Shown here: in pieces, positions 1 through 9,619 of the stretch
Position numbering within the stretch: the first letter of the stretch is position 1
How the letters are laid out: each line of letters opens with the position of its first letter
Source of the DNA: Patescibacteria group bacterium
GTDB lineage: Bacteria; Patescibacteriota; Patescibacteriia; JAXHNJ01
Assembly: GCA_041649715.1 (NCBI GenBank)
Contig: JBAZMP010000002.1
Location: forward strand, 4,964 to 68,963
Direction: 5' to 3'
DNA: 64,000 bases
Notes under the pieces: generated by a model
Told to the model about the DNA's origin: nothing
The model's database searches: none
Seen by the model: the letters and a program-made list of their open reading frames with translations, nothing else
Made by a program: the position numbers and the translations under genes

Positions 1-17
1 TCCTACAATATATCCCC

Positions 18-46
18 TTGACAAACCCTCTTTTTTGCGCTAAGGT
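18..46 (+). promoter_or_regulatory. sigma70-type promoter
   Basis: TTGACA(18-23)-17 nt-TAAGGT(41-46) upstream of the 93..545 ORF. Confidence 0.55.
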
Positions 47-92
47 TTTAAACAATAAACGGCTGGTAATCTTGAAACTTTGAAAGAAAGGA

Positions 93-545
93 GTGGTCAT
101 GAAAAGACTGCTGCTATTTACCGTTCTACTTCTCCTTCTCTCCTCGATGGCTTATGGCGGGCAAAAATGGTACTGGTCCGTACCGATAGACAAGGGCGTA
201 CTCGACCAGAAAAAGAGCACCTATCTCGCCATACCGGCCAATGGTTCTTTACATTTTTCCCTGGGCGCTGTTATAGCGACTTCACAACAAGCCTACCGCA
301 ACGCCAGTATAATTTTCAGCGGAGTGGAAAGCGACTCCGACGACATCGCCGTGATTGAAGCCAGATACGATGGGTCAAGTGCTTTCACCAACAGCGTCGT
401 CTACCGGCTGAAAAAGGGCATGAAAATCAGAATTGCCCATCCGTTAGTGGCGGAACGTGACGGCGGACCAGCCCCGCCGCTCACTCTCAAATTCGTGCAT
501 TACGCCCGGGGATCTGCCCAGTTTATTCTAAAGACCGGGGAATAA
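93..545 (+). CDS. hypothetical secreted protein
   Basis: Signal-peptide-like N-terminus (MKRLLLFTVLLLLLSSMAYG); AAGGAG SD upstream (start may be ATG at 99); followed by a terminator hairpin. Confidence 0.7.
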   Translation: MVMKRLLLFTVLLLLLSSMAYGGQKWYWSVPIDKGVLDQKKSTYLAIPANGSLHFSLGAVIATSQQAYRNASIIFSGVESDSDDIAVIEARYDGSSAFTNSVVYRLKKGMKIRIAHPLVAERDGGPAPPLTLKFVHYARGSAQFILKTGE

Positions 546-560
546 CCGCGCTCTTCCCCC

Positions 561-594
561 AGCCGTCTACTTGCAAAAGTATGACGGCTTTTTT
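561..594 (+). terminator. intrinsic terminator
   Basis: AGCCGTC-TAC...GTA-T-GACGGCT hairpin plus T tract just after the stop codon. Confidence 0.7.
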
Positions 595-776
595 ACTAGA
601 TTATTATTATTTCTCTGATCCCCCGTGAGAAATTGCTGGGGGTCATCCCGGAATAAGTCTCAAGCTATCGCACCCGCACCTCGCTTTGTGAGGCGCTTTT
701 TTATTCCACTAAAAATTCCGCGCAGACTGGAAAGTCTGCGCTGTGAATATATAATAATTGTATTTCAATTTTAAAT

Positions 777-800
777 AGCGCGCCTTTTCTAAGGCGCGCT
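777..800 (-). terminator. terminator-like perfect hairpin after radical SAM gene
   Basis: AGCGCGCCTT-ttct-AAGGCGCGCT, 10-bp perfect stem 6 nt past the stop. Confidence 0.55.
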
Positions 801-806
801 GGCTTT

Positions 807-1832
807 TTAACTTTTAAACACCTCTTCCAACCCCCGCGAAAAATTGCAGCCGATGATGCGGCAGTATTTGCCGCAAATCTTAATATTCTTTCTTTCCCGG
901 CTGGCTTTTTCATCCTTTAAAATATCTCCTAAATTTTCTTTGGCCAGATTGCCGATAACCTGCCCCTTAAAACATAAGGCGACCTCACCATTCGGATAGA
1001 CCACCAGATTTCTCTGGCCGGCGAAACAGCGGTATTTTAAGACATTCGGCGGGTTTAGATAATATTCTGCCATCGCCTTGATATTGGCCGGGGAGTTTTT
1101 GATCGGGCAGTTTTTATAATTCGCTAAGACCCAGTCGAAAAATTTAACCGCCTCGTTTTTTGCCGGCCACAAACTTTCAAGAAGACGGCTAGATTGTTTG
1201 TCTTTCGAGGCTTCCGATTCCACGCTTTCATCCAACGGCTGCAGAATAATACTGGCGCCAGACAAAGTCTTTAAATATTTTAACAACTCCGGCAGATCAG
1301 CGATATTTTTCGCCGTGATCAAAACGCCGATTTCCAATTTTATCCGGCTTTCAGAAGCCACTTTTAAGGCTTTCATCGCCTGACGGTAGGCCTGCGGATT
1401 ACCCCGCAAATCATTGTGAATGTTTTCTTTTATGCTATAGAAAGAAACCTTCAAAAGATCCAAGCCGACTTTTTCCAGCTCGGCCACTGTTTCTTTATTA
1501 ATCAGCAGGCCGTTGGAGTTTAAAGCGACATTTTTAAAATGCGGTTTTAAAGTTTTGACTAAAGACGAAACCAACTCTTTTTTTAACAACGGTTCGCCGC
1601 CGTTTATTTCCACAAAAGTCTCTGGACCAAAAAAATCTTTGGCTTTTCGCGCTATTCCCAACCACTCATTTTCCGATAATTCTAGGGCGAGAGGTTTTTG
1701 CCAAATAGAGCAGCTCTGGCAGCGGAAATTGCAGCGAAAAGTAATAATCAAGCTTAAAAACTCCGGCGCTAGATTATACCGGCCGGTTACGAAGCTTTCT
1801 TCCCTTTTTAATTTTTTAAATATTTTATTCAC
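807..1832 (-). CDS. radical SAM protein with C-terminal SPASM/twitch domain
   Basis: CNFRCQSC (CxxxCxxC), GGEPLL, C-terminal CFAG...CF...C cysteines. Confidence 0.9.
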   Translation of the reverse strand: MNKIFKKLKREESFVTGRYNLAPEFLSLIITFRCNFRCQSCSIWQKPLALELSENEWLGIARKAKDFFGPETFVEINGGEPLLKKELVSSLVKTLKPHFKNVALNSNGLLINKETVAELEKVGLDLLKVSFYSIKENIHNDLRGNPQAYRQAMKALKVASESRIKLEIGVLITAKNIADLPELLKYLKTLSGASIILQPLDESVESEASKDKQSSRLLESLWPAKNEAVKFFDWVLANYKNCPIKNSPANIKAMAEYYLNPPNVLKYRCFAGQRNLVVYPNGEVALCFKGQVIGNLAKENLGDILKDEKASRERKNIKICGKYCRIIGCNFSRGLEEVFKS

Positions 1833-1897
1833 CTTTTTATTGAAATCTATTCCGCCACGCAGAAGATATCATCTAAGCGACATTTACTAGTAAGAAT

Positions 1898-2392
1898 TTA
1901 ATTTTTAGATGATTTTTCCGTACTTAAATCATACTTGTGTAATTTACGTATAACTAGCCAGTAAGCAACCACGGTATATATAGAAATGATATGCATTATT
2001 AGATAGAAATACATACTAATAACATACGGCAAAAAACCAGATTGATTTGAATCGATAGATTGATTAATAATGTGAGGTAATGTTACAAAACCGCCACCCA
2101 ATGTATATGAAACAATGATAAATATGATTAAAAGATATCGAATAATACTCCATAAGCGAAATATGCCAAAAATAATCAAAATTTGTAATATCTGCAATAT
2201 TAACAACCATAACGCTATCATCGCAACAAGGGGTGCTGCAAAACCAAATGTAAATAATTGAGAGCCCCCAAGGTCAATATAGTCAATTACAGATACTATT
2301 AGATTATAAAGATTAATAATAATTACTGAGTACCACAAATACTTAATTAGCTGATTATTCCGAATTATTTCTCTCTTTACCTGATAATTCAT
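1898..2392 (-). CDS. hypothetical membrane protein (AT-rich)
   Basis: 164-aa ORF with about 4 hydrophobic segments, co-oriented in the operon. Confidence 0.6.
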   Translation of the reverse strand: MNYQVKREIIRNNQLIKYLWYSVIIINLYNLIVSVIDYIDLGGSQLFTFGFAAPLVAMIALWLLILQILQILIIFGIFRLWSIIRYLLIIFIIVSYTLGGGFVTLPHIINQSIDSNQSGFLPYVISMYFYLIMHIISIYTVVAYWLVIRKLHKYDLSTEKSSKN

Positions 2393-2409
2393 GGGGGCTT
2401 TAATATTAA

Positions 2410-4176
2410 TTACTCCGCCACCCTAAACACTTCACTCACCGAGGTGATCCCGTCCAAGGCCTTTATCAAGCCATCCTGCACCATGGTCACCATGCCGTTT
2501 TTTACCGCGATATCACGCATGTCATATTCCGAAACCTGGCCGGATAGGATTATTTTCTCGATTTCGGCGTTCATGATCAAAACCTCAAAAATGCCGATGC
2601 GGCCGGCAAAAGTACTGTAATTGCAGGCCGGACAGCCGGCTCCCCGGTAAAATTTCAAAGGTTTGCTTAAATCCACTTTCCTTTCCGCCGTGGCCGGCAA
2701 TTTAGCGAGTGTCTCCTTGATTTTATCTGAAGTCTCTTTGTCCAAATGATCTTCAGTCTTGCATTTGGCGCAGATCCGGCGGACCAGACGCTGGGCCATC
2801 ACCGCGTTCAGGGCCGGGGCGAGCAAAAACGGTTTCGTGCCCATGGCCAGGAAACGGGGGATGACGCCGGCGGCATCATTGGCGTGAATGGTGGATAAAA
2901 CCAAATGGCCGGTCAAAGCGGCTTGAATGGCGATTTCCGCCGTTTCCAAATCCCTTACCTCGCCGACCATGATGACATCCGGGTCCTGCCGTAAGATGGA
3001 CTTCAGGCCGTTGGCATAAGTGTATCTTTTCGGCCCGGTGCGGGCGATCGTTTTTCCTTCTCGCGTCATTATCCTGGCCGCCGCTTCATCGGATTCGCCC
3101 GAAGAATCAATCTGCGTTTGGATGATGCCGGCCAGCTGATACTCAATGGGGTCTTCCAGGGTGATGATTTTTGTTTCCGGACTGTTCAGCTTATTTAGGA
3201 TTGAGTAAAGGGCGGTGGTTTTACCGGAACCGGTGGGACCGGAGGTGATGATCATGCCGTTGGGCCGCTCTATCTCCCGGTTTAATCTTTTCCGCGCTTC
3301 ACCGATGACGCCCAGATCTTCAAAGGATATTTTTTCCGCGTAGGCCATCAACAAGCGCATGACGACGCTTTCCCCGAAAGCCGAAGGAATGGTCGAGATA
3401 CGCACGTCTATCTTGCCTTCTTTTAAAAGCAGGTTCAGCCGGCCGTCCTGCGGCGTCTTATCCACGTTGATCTTCAGGCCGGCGAGCAGCTTGATGCGGC
3501 TGATGATCCTTTTCCACATGTCTTTGGGCAGAGTCGCGACATCGCGCAGTACGCCGTCCAGCCGGTAACGCACCTTGATGTCATTTTCTTCCGCTTCAAT
3601 GTGAAGATCGGAGGCCTTGGCTTGAATGGCGCCGGCGATAATCAAATTAAGGGTTTCCGTCAGAGGGACCTGATGGACTTTTTCCGCCAGGTCCTTAAAA
3701 CCTCCCATTTCGTTTTTATAGCGGTCAATCGCCGATTGCGTGATTTCCATCCCCTTGACCTCTTTTTTAAAAACGGGCAGATGCTCATACAGCTTCAGGG
3801 CTTCCGCATAACTGTGTTGCGATATAAGATAAACTGCCACGTGGGCCTGATTTTTTTCCGCGACTTTTTCCACCAGTTCCGCAATTTGGGGGTTTTCCGC
3901 ATTGATGGTCCCCAGCCGGATTTCCTGGCCGGATTTCAAAAAACAGATGGCCTGGTATTTCAAGGCTTCCTCTTTGGATAAAAGAGTCAGGGTCTCCGGA
4001 CCAATGGGAAAACCGACCAGATTAATGTAATTAAGGCCGGCCGACATGGCATTTTCCTGAACCAACCTTTCCTTTTCCCTAAGATTGATCTGGCTCATCT
4101 TTTCCGCGAATTTTTCCTCCACCTCTTTGGCGGCCACCCGATAATTAGATTGTTTATCGTCTGACGAAGCAATCAT
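2410..4176 (-). CDS. pilB: GspE/PilB-family type IV pilus assembly ATPase
   Basis: ASDLHIE, Walker A GPTGSGKTT, LRQDPDVIMVGEVRD, TGHLVLSTIHAN, CxxC...CxxC Zn motif. Confidence 0.9.
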   Translation of the reverse strand: MIASSDDKQSNYRVAAKEVEEKFAEKMSQINLREKERLVQENAMSAGLNYINLVGFPIGPETLTLLSKEEALKYQAICFLKSGQEIRLGTINAENPQIAELVEKVAEKNQAHVAVYLISQHSYAEALKLYEHLPVFKKEVKGMEITQSAIDRYKNEMGGFKDLAEKVHQVPLTETLNLIIAGAIQAKASDLHIEAEENDIKVRYRLDGVLRDVATLPKDMWKRIISRIKLLAGLKINVDKTPQDGRLNLLLKEGKIDVRISTIPSAFGESVVMRLLMAYAEKISFEDLGVIGEARKRLNREIERPNGMIITSGPTGSGKTTALYSILNKLNSPETKIITLEDPIEYQLAGIIQTQIDSSGESDEAAARIMTREGKTIARTGPKRYTYANGLKSILRQDPDVIMVGEVRDLETAEIAIQAALTGHLVLSTIHANDAAGVIPRFLAMGTKPFLLAPALNAVMAQRLVRRICAKCKTEDHLDKETSDKIKETLAKLPATAERKVDLSKPLKFYRGAGCPACNYSTFAGRIGIFEVLIMNAEIEKIILSGQVSEYDMRDIAVKNGMVTMVQDGLIKALDGITSVSEVFRVAE

Positions 4177-4278
4177 ATTCTATCCTTTAATTGCCTATAT
4201 TATAGCAGAAAAAATGATTACAGGAAACCAAAAAAGAGGAGTTAAGTATCCTCTTTATTTCGGCAGATTGGCAAGATT

Positions 4279-5427
4279 TTAGTACCCGGTCTGATAAAAG
4301 CTCTTAACCCGTTCGAGAATCTTCTTTTCGGCCGCCGCTAGATCAGCCGCCGGTAATTCCACGCGGGTAAAATCCTTGGTTCCGCCCGGATTATATTCCC
4401 GGAAAAGCCGGAAACCATCGATCTGTTTAGTGCTGTAAACGATGCCTTTTATTTTCTTATCCTCCGCTTCGTAGAGGAGGGCGACGACCTCCGCCAAAGG
4501 TGTATTAATGATCAATTCATCGATCACGCCGATCAGATGATCGTCGCTGGCGCCGGATTCTTCAAAGTCATGGCGGGAAACCAGCGACCAGACCAGGCGG
4601 TGCTCCACGCCTTCTTTCAGGCGGGCCAGCACCCGACCCCACAGCTTTAACGTGGCGATATTTTTGGTTTGAAACAGGTTCTTGATGATTTCTTCCCGTC
4701 TCGCGCCGGAGGCGACCAGATGGGAAGCGATGGCCAATGACTTGGGCGTCACCGAAGTGGTGCGGAAACTTTTCGTCTTGGAAATTATGCCGGCCAGCAA
4801 ATTAGTGGCGATTTGTTCATTTAGGATATCCGCGCCCATTTCCTTGATCAGCTCAAAAATTATTTCCGAAATGGAGGTCGCCGTGATATCCACCAGATTG
4901 ATCTGTCCGAAAAAATCATTGGCGGGATTATGATCGATATTGATGATCGGGGTATGGTAAAAAAATTCAGCGTTGTTGTCATAGAGCTTGCCGACCGTGT
5001 CCAGATCGATGGCATCGAGCACGTAAATCAGGTCATACTCATACATCCCGGCTGAAGTAGTCAGATCCCTTTCCTCAAAAAAACCGTTTTTCGGCGTGAT
5101 AAATATATTAAGCTTGTTTTTGTCCTTGTCGATATCGTAGCTCAATTCCTCCACCTTGGTCCGCGAAACATCCAGAGATACAATGAACTTACGCAGAGTC
5201 GTTAATTCCGAAAATATTTCCGCGCTTTTGGGCAAAAAATTATGGGAGGGGGGCAGGCTAAATTCACTGCAAACGATCTTCGCTTTCTTGTTTAGCTTTT
5301 CAAAAGTCAAAAAAAGGGCAAGGCTGGAGGCAATGGCGTCCGTCGTGGGATTATTCGGCAAGACAATGACCACATTGCTCGCTCTTTTGGTGATATCGAT
5401 CGCCTGTTTATAGGGTAATGGTTCCAT
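4279..5427 (-). CDS. DHH-family phosphoesterase (NrnA-like, degenerate motifs)
   Basis: PTTDAIAS, LDA, NIDHN, ATSISE motifs; start moved to ATG 5427 because a promoter lies inside the longer ORF. Confidence 0.75.
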   Translation of the reverse strand: MEPLPYKQAIDITKRASNVVIVLPNNPTTDAIASSLALFLTFEKLNKKAKIVCSEFSLPPSHNFLPKSAEIFSELTTLRKFIVSLDVSRTKVEELSYDIDKDKNKLNIFITPKNGFFEERDLTTSAGMYEYDLIYVLDAIDLDTVGKLYDNNAEFFYHTPIINIDHNPANDFFGQINLVDITATSISEIIFELIKEMGADILNEQIATNLLAGIISKTKSFRTTSVTPKSLAIASHLVASGARREEIIKNLFQTKNIATLKLWGRVLARLKEGVEHRLVWSLVSRHDFEESGASDDHLIGVIDELIINTPLAEVVALLYEAEDKKIKGIVYSTKQIDGFRLFREYNPGGTKDFTRVELPAADLAAAEKKILERVKSFYQTGY

Positions 5428-5452
5428 GTCCTTTTTAAAAAATGAATAAATA

Positions 5453-5481
5453 AGTATAACGGGAGTAGGAAAAACTGTCAA
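5453..5481 (-). promoter_or_regulatory. sigma70-type promoter for DHH gene
   Basis: TTGACA-17 nt-TATACT on the minus strand. Confidence 0.7.
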
Positions 5482-5528
5482 GCAAGTTGGCGGTTAAACC
5501 TCGTATTTGCTATATTTAAAGGACTGAA

Positions 5529-6002
5529 ATGCAAAAAATTACCACAAACAGCGCCCGCCAAACCAAAGAAATCGGCTTTAAATTAGCCAAAAATATTAAA
5601 GGCGGCACCATCATCGCTTTAATCGGCGATTTAGGCGCCGGCAAGACCACTTTTCTGCAAGGCTTGGGCAGCGGCCTTGGGGTAAAACAAAAAATCCTAA
5701 GCCCCTCCTTTCTGCAATTGAAGCCTTATCCAGTGCATAGCCGACCGTTAAAATATCTTTTTCATTTTGATTTTTACCGCCTGGTTTCCTTTTCAGAAGT
5801 AGAAAGCCGGGGGCTGACCGAATATCTGCGGTCTAAAAACGCCGTGGTGGTCATGGAGTGGGCGGACCGCATAAAAAAATTTCTCCCCGCCAAAGTGAAA
5901 TACATTTACTTCACTTTTATCGACCCGGGCAGGCGTTCTTTGCTTTTTAAGAATTTTAAAAAAGAGGAGCTTCAATTTTTATCCTCTTTTAATAAATTAT
6001 AA
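5529..6002 (+). CDS. tsaE: tRNA threonylcarbamoyladenosine biosynthesis ATPase TsaE
   Basis: GDLGAGKTTF, SPSF, HFDFYRL, EWAD. Confidence 0.95.
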   Translation: MQKITTNSARQTKEIGFKLAKNIKGGTIIALIGDLGAGKTTFLQGLGSGLGVKQKILSPSFLQLKPYPVHSRPLKYLFHFDFYRLVSFSEVESRGLTEYLRSKNAVVVMEWADRIKKFLPAKVKYIYFTFIDPGRRSLLFKNFKKEELQFLSSFNKL

Positions 6003-6012
6003 TAAGATTTTA

Positions 6013-6291
6013 TTAAGTCGTAACGGAAACGGTTTTTTCCGCGGAAACTTTTGCTTCCCGACCGACATTATCCTCCACCACCATTTTTTCCGGGGTCAAA
6101 GCGACAACCTGATCAATACCGATGATCAGCTCTTTATTTAAAAGGCCGCGGATAAGCTGGCGGCTTTTGACATAATAACGGATGACCCGGTGTTCATCGG
6201 CCTCCAGGTCAAAATGGGATATCGCGCCCAGAAGCTGGCCGCTTTTCGTTTCCACGGGCAGATTGATTATTTTTTTATGGCTTAATATCAT
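6013..6291 (-). CDS. PRC-barrel domain protein
   Basis: LPVETKSGQLLGAI...D pattern, 92 aa. Confidence 0.75.
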   Translation of the reverse strand: MILSHKKIINLPVETKSGQLLGAISHFDLEADEHRVIRYYVKSRQLIRGLLNKELIIGIDQVVALTPEKMVVEDNVGREAKVSAEKTVSVTT

Positions 6292-7054
6292 GTCCTTCCA
6301 GTTTGACAGGACGCTTTTTTAAATATATATACTGTTGGGCAATGGCAAACAGGGTCGTGACAAACCAATATAGGGCCAGGCCGGTAGGGAACCGGTAGCT
6401 GAAAAAAATAATCATCAACGGCATAAAATAAGTCATCGTCCGGGAAGTGGCCGCCGCCACACCTTCGTCCTTGGCCCCGGGGATATTTTTTGGCGGTTTT
6501 TTTGACAGCAGCATTTTTGACTGCCAAAATTGGGAGGCGCCAGCTAAAAGAGCCAAAATCCAGTTGCCCGTTTTAGTCAAATCCACAAAACCCAAAAACA
6601 TGGTATTTAAACTATTGACGGAAAAATAATTTTGCAGAGATCCGTAAAGATTGCTGATTTCACCTTGGACTAAAATATGGGTGCTGGGGTCAACTTTTAT
6701 GCCGTTAAAAAAGACTTGAAACAAGGCGTACAGAATGGGCAGCTGAATCAAGAGCGGCAAACAGGAGGAAAACGGATTAACTTTATTTTCCTTATAAAAT
6801 TGCATGGTTTGCCGGCCAAGTTCTTCGCGGTTGCCCTTGTATTTTGCTTTTAAGGCATCCAGCTTGGGCTGGATCTCCTGCATCTGACGCTGTTGTTTTA
6901 TGCTCGAAAGGGAGGGAACGTATAAAATCAAGCGGATGATGATGGTAAAAATTATGATGGCCACCCCTAAATCATGCCCGGGGATTATTTTAACCAAAAA
7001 CAAAAGGGCGTTTAGCAGTGGTTCGTATAAAATGACATGAAAAATATTACCCAT
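6275..7054 (-). CDS. yidC: membrane protein insertase YidC/Oxa1
   Basis: IQPKLDALK.KYK, YKENKVNPFSSCLPLLIQLPIL, GLALYW; canonical synteny. Confidence 0.95.
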   Translation of the reverse strand: MGNIFHVILYEPLLNALLFLVKIIPGHDLGVAIIIFTIIIRLILYVPSLSSIKQQRQMQEIQPKLDALKAKYKGNREELGRQTMQFYKENKVNPFSSCLPLLIQLPILYALFQVFFNGIKVDPSTHILVQGEISNLYGSLQNYFSVNSLNTMFLGFVDLTKTGNWILALLAGASQFWQSKMLLSKKPPKNIPGAKDEGVAAATSRTMTYFMPLMIIFFSYRFPTGLALYWFVTTLFAIAQQYIYLKKRPVKLEGHDIKP

Positions 7055-7055
7055 A

Positions 7056-7316
7056 TTAATGCTGTTTTACCGGATCATAACCGCCAGCCGACAGCGGGTG
7101 ACAGCGTAAAATCCTTTTTAAGCCCATAAAAATGCCTTTAATTGGCCCAAATCTCTCTATCGCCTGGTAGGTATAGACCGAGCAGGTGGGGTAAAAACGG
7201 CAGTAACCTGACGGATGTTTATAGGAAAAAATCCCGTGGTCTGGGGATAATGTTTTTTGATAGGCCCGGATCAATTTCAAAACTATTGTTTTTAATAACC
7301 GGTTTAATCTCGCCAT
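7056..7316 (-). CDS. yidD: membrane protein insertion efficiency factor YidD
   Basis: CRFYPTCS...RILRCHP...GGYDPV. Confidence 0.95.
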   Translation of the reverse strand: MARLNRLLKTIVLKLIRAYQKTLSPDHGIFSYKHPSGYCRFYPTCSVYTYQAIERFGPIKGIFMGLKRILRCHPLSAGGYDPVKQH

Positions 7317-7648
7317 AACTTCGCTTTTTTTATTAAACTTATCAGATTTTTTTCCAAGCCGCCGTACGCCAGGCCGAACACTGGTTTTTTCGCGGCAAAA
7401 ACGTAATCCAGACCCGGTGCAAAATTTCCCAAGTGGTGACGGATGATCTCGCTTAACTGCCTTTTAAAACGGTTCCGGGTTACGGCCTTGGGGGCCACTT
7501 TGGCGGAAATTACCTCCGCGAAACGGGGATTGCCTTCCTTGTTTGGCAGCGTTCTCAAGACTAAAAAAGGGGTAAAAAAATAATGGCCATAGCGGTAGAT
7601 CTTTTGAAAATCTGTTCTTCTTTTTAGGCGATATTTGGCCACAAGCAT
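7304..7648 (-). CDS. rnpA: ribonuclease P protein component
   Basis: RLK...[16 protein letters not shown] motif; located between rpmH and yidD. Confidence 0.95.
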   Translation of the reverse strand: MLVAKYRLKRRTDFQKIYRYGHYFFTPFLVLRTLPNKEGNPRFAEVISAKVAPKAVTRNRFKRQLSEIIRHHLGNFAPGLDYVFAAKKPVFGLAYGGLEKNLISLIKKAKLWRD

Positions 7649-7657
7649 ACAAATATC

Positions 7658-7795
7658 CTAAATGACCAGGCGGTGTCGGCCTTTTTGACGCCGTCGCGCT
7701 AAGACTTTCCGGCCGCTGGCGGTATGCATGCGGCGGCGAAAGCCATGACTGCGGCTTCTTTTTCTTTTTTTCGGTTGATAGGTCCTTTTCGGCAT
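7658..7795 (-). CDS. rpmH: 50S ribosomal protein L34 (absent from ORF track)
   Basis: Hand translation [45 protein letters not shown]. Confidence 0.97.
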   Translation of the reverse strand: MPKRTYQPKKRKRSRSHGFRRRMHTASGRKVLARRRQKGRHRLVI

Positions 7796-7861
7796 ATAAA
7801 TTTACTTTGTCAGTCTATCAGAAAAATTTAACCTGGTCAAACCCGCGCCACCCCTCCTTAA

Positions 7862-7892
7862 TTCTCCCCATCGTATCCACATGTTATGCACA
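7862..7892 (+). promoter_or_regulatory. DnaA boxes upstream of dnaA
   Basis: TTCTCCCCA, GTATCCACA (7873-81), TTATGCACA (7884-92) in tandem versus consensus TTATCCACA. Confidence 0.65.
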
Positions 7893-7971
7893 ATTTATGG
7901 TATTTCGCTTATGTTTTAGTTCCCGGATTTATGGTATATTTTTAAATAGCTTCAAATTTATTTTTTTACTT

Positions 7972-9342
7972 ATGACTAAAGAAGAGCTATGGCAAGCAAC
8001 CCTTGGCGAGTTGGAACTTTTTATAAGCAAGGCTAATTTTACCACCTGGTTTAAAAATACTTTTATTTCCGCCCTTGAGGACGATAAGGTGGTCATCGGC
8101 GTGCCGAACGCCTTCACTAAAACCTGGCTGGAAAATAAATATCACCAGCCGATATTAAAAGCCCTTCAGAATATCACTAACCATCAGGTCAAGCAGGTGA
8201 CTTATCAAGTGGAAACACGGAAAGTAGTCGCCCGTGAAGCAGCCGTCCAAAACGGAGAAATCAAGGAAAACCACAAAGTTAAGGATCTGAACACAAAAGA
8301 AAGAGAATATTTAGAAAAATTCCACCTAAATCCCCGCTACACCTTTGCCAGTTTTATCGTGGGCAAGGGCAATGAACTGGCCCAGGCCGCCTGCACCGCC
8401 GTGGCGGAAAAGCCCGGATTAGTCTATAATCCGCTTTTTTTGTATGGCGGCGTCGGCCTCGGCAAAACCCATCTTATGCAGGCTATCGGCAATCTTATTA
8501 TCGAGAAACACCCGGAAAAAAAGGTGATCTACGTCACCTGCGAGAAATTCACCAATGAATTCATTCAATCGGTGTCAAAAGGCAACGCCGAAGACTTTAA
8601 AAACACTTACCGCAGCGCCGACGTGCTCCTTATCGACGATATTCAGTTTTTAGCCAGCAAGGAAAGAACTCAAGAGGAGTTTTTTCACACTTTTAACACC
8701 CTGCATCAGTCCAATAAGCAAATTGTGGTCACCTCCGACCGGCCGCCGAAATCTATACCCGCCCTAGAACAGCGCCTCGTCTCCCGCTTTGAGTGGGGGA
8801 TGATCGCTGATATCGGCCAGCCGGACCTAGAGACAAGAATCGCCATCTTATCCCAAAAATGCAAGGAAAAAAACTATAAACTCAGCCCGGAAATCCTTAA
8901 TTACGTCGCCTCCAACGTCCAAAGCAACGTCCGCGAGCTTGAGGGAGCCTTAAACCGCATTATGGCCTGGCAGGATCTCAGTAAAAACGAACCAACCCTA
9001 GATTCTGTAAAAAAACTTCTCACCTCCGTCAAACCGCTGCCGCAAAGAGGCGGCTTAACCACCAAACAAATCATCAACACGGTGAGTAGCTTCTTTGACA
9101 CCAAGCTTGAAGATTTGTTGGGCAACAGCCGGAAAAAAGAGTTGGTCCTGCCGAGACAAGTGGCTATGTATCTGATGCGGGAAGAGCTTAAGGCTTCCTT
9201 TCCGAATATCGGCCAAGAATTAGGTGCTCGCGACCACACCACCGCTATGCATGCCTGCTCGAAAATCGCCAAGGAAGTGGAAAATGACGGCAAATTAAAA
9301 CAAGACATTGTCTTGATCCGCCAGCGCCTGTACAATCAATAA
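7972..9342 (+). CDS. dnaA: chromosomal replication initiator DnaA
   Basis: YNPLFLYGGVGLGKTHL, LLIDDIQF, RELEGAL, RDHTT; start set to MTKEELW. Confidence 0.98.
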   Translation: MTKEELWQATLGELELFISKANFTTWFKNTFISALEDDKVVIGVPNAFTKTWLENKYHQPILKALQNITNHQVKQVTYQVETRKVVAREAAVQNGEIKENHKVKDLNTKEREYLEKFHLNPRYTFASFIVGKGNELAQAACTAVAEKPGLVYNPLFLYGGVGLGKTHLMQAIGNLIIEKHPEKKVIYVTCEKFTNEFIQSVSKGNAEDFKNTYRSADVLLIDDIQFLASKERTQEEFFHTFNTLHQSNKQIVVTSDRPPKSIPALEQRLVSRFEWGMIADIGQPDLETRIAILSQKCKEKNYKLSPEILNYVASNVQSNVRELEGALNRIMAWQDLSKNEPTLDSVKKLLTSVKPLPQRGGLTTKQIINTVSSFFDTKLEDLLGNSRKKELVLPRQVAMYLMREELKASFPNIGQELGARDHTTAMHACSKIAKEVENDGKLKQDIVLIRQRLYNQ

Positions 9343-9619
9343 ATTATTTGGGGATTAACTCCTGATAATTCTTTAACAACTTGTTTATAAAATTTGCGGA
9401 TGGAATAATTTAATCATCAAAGACTTTTTTAAAAAAATCTTTCCCCAGACTTAAACCAAGTTTAACCACATCTTATCCTGTACTTTTAAACGCCCGTTTA
9501 AACCACAAAATAAAACTACAAGTTGGTTACTCCACTTACCCCCATTTTTTCCGTTTTATTATTACTATGATTATATATATAAACTATATCTAATTAATAA
9601 TATAAATTAAATCATACTT
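9343..9619. other. probable replication origin oriC
   Basis: dnaA-dnaN intergenic region with degenerate DnaA boxes (e.g. TTAACCACA 9462-70, TTACCCCCA), then TATTATTACTA trio-like repeats and a very AT-rich unwinding-element-like tract. Confidence 0.75.

Noticed and set aside
609-700. 6S, SRP or ribozyme identity for the hairpin cluster
   Set aside because: Only a short coincidental resemblance; no SRP loop, hammerhead core or long 6S rod could be built
7807-7971. N-terminal extension of DnaA in the ORF track
   Set aside because: Region contains DnaA boxes and promoter-like DNA; DnaA-like sequence begins at MTKEELW (7972)
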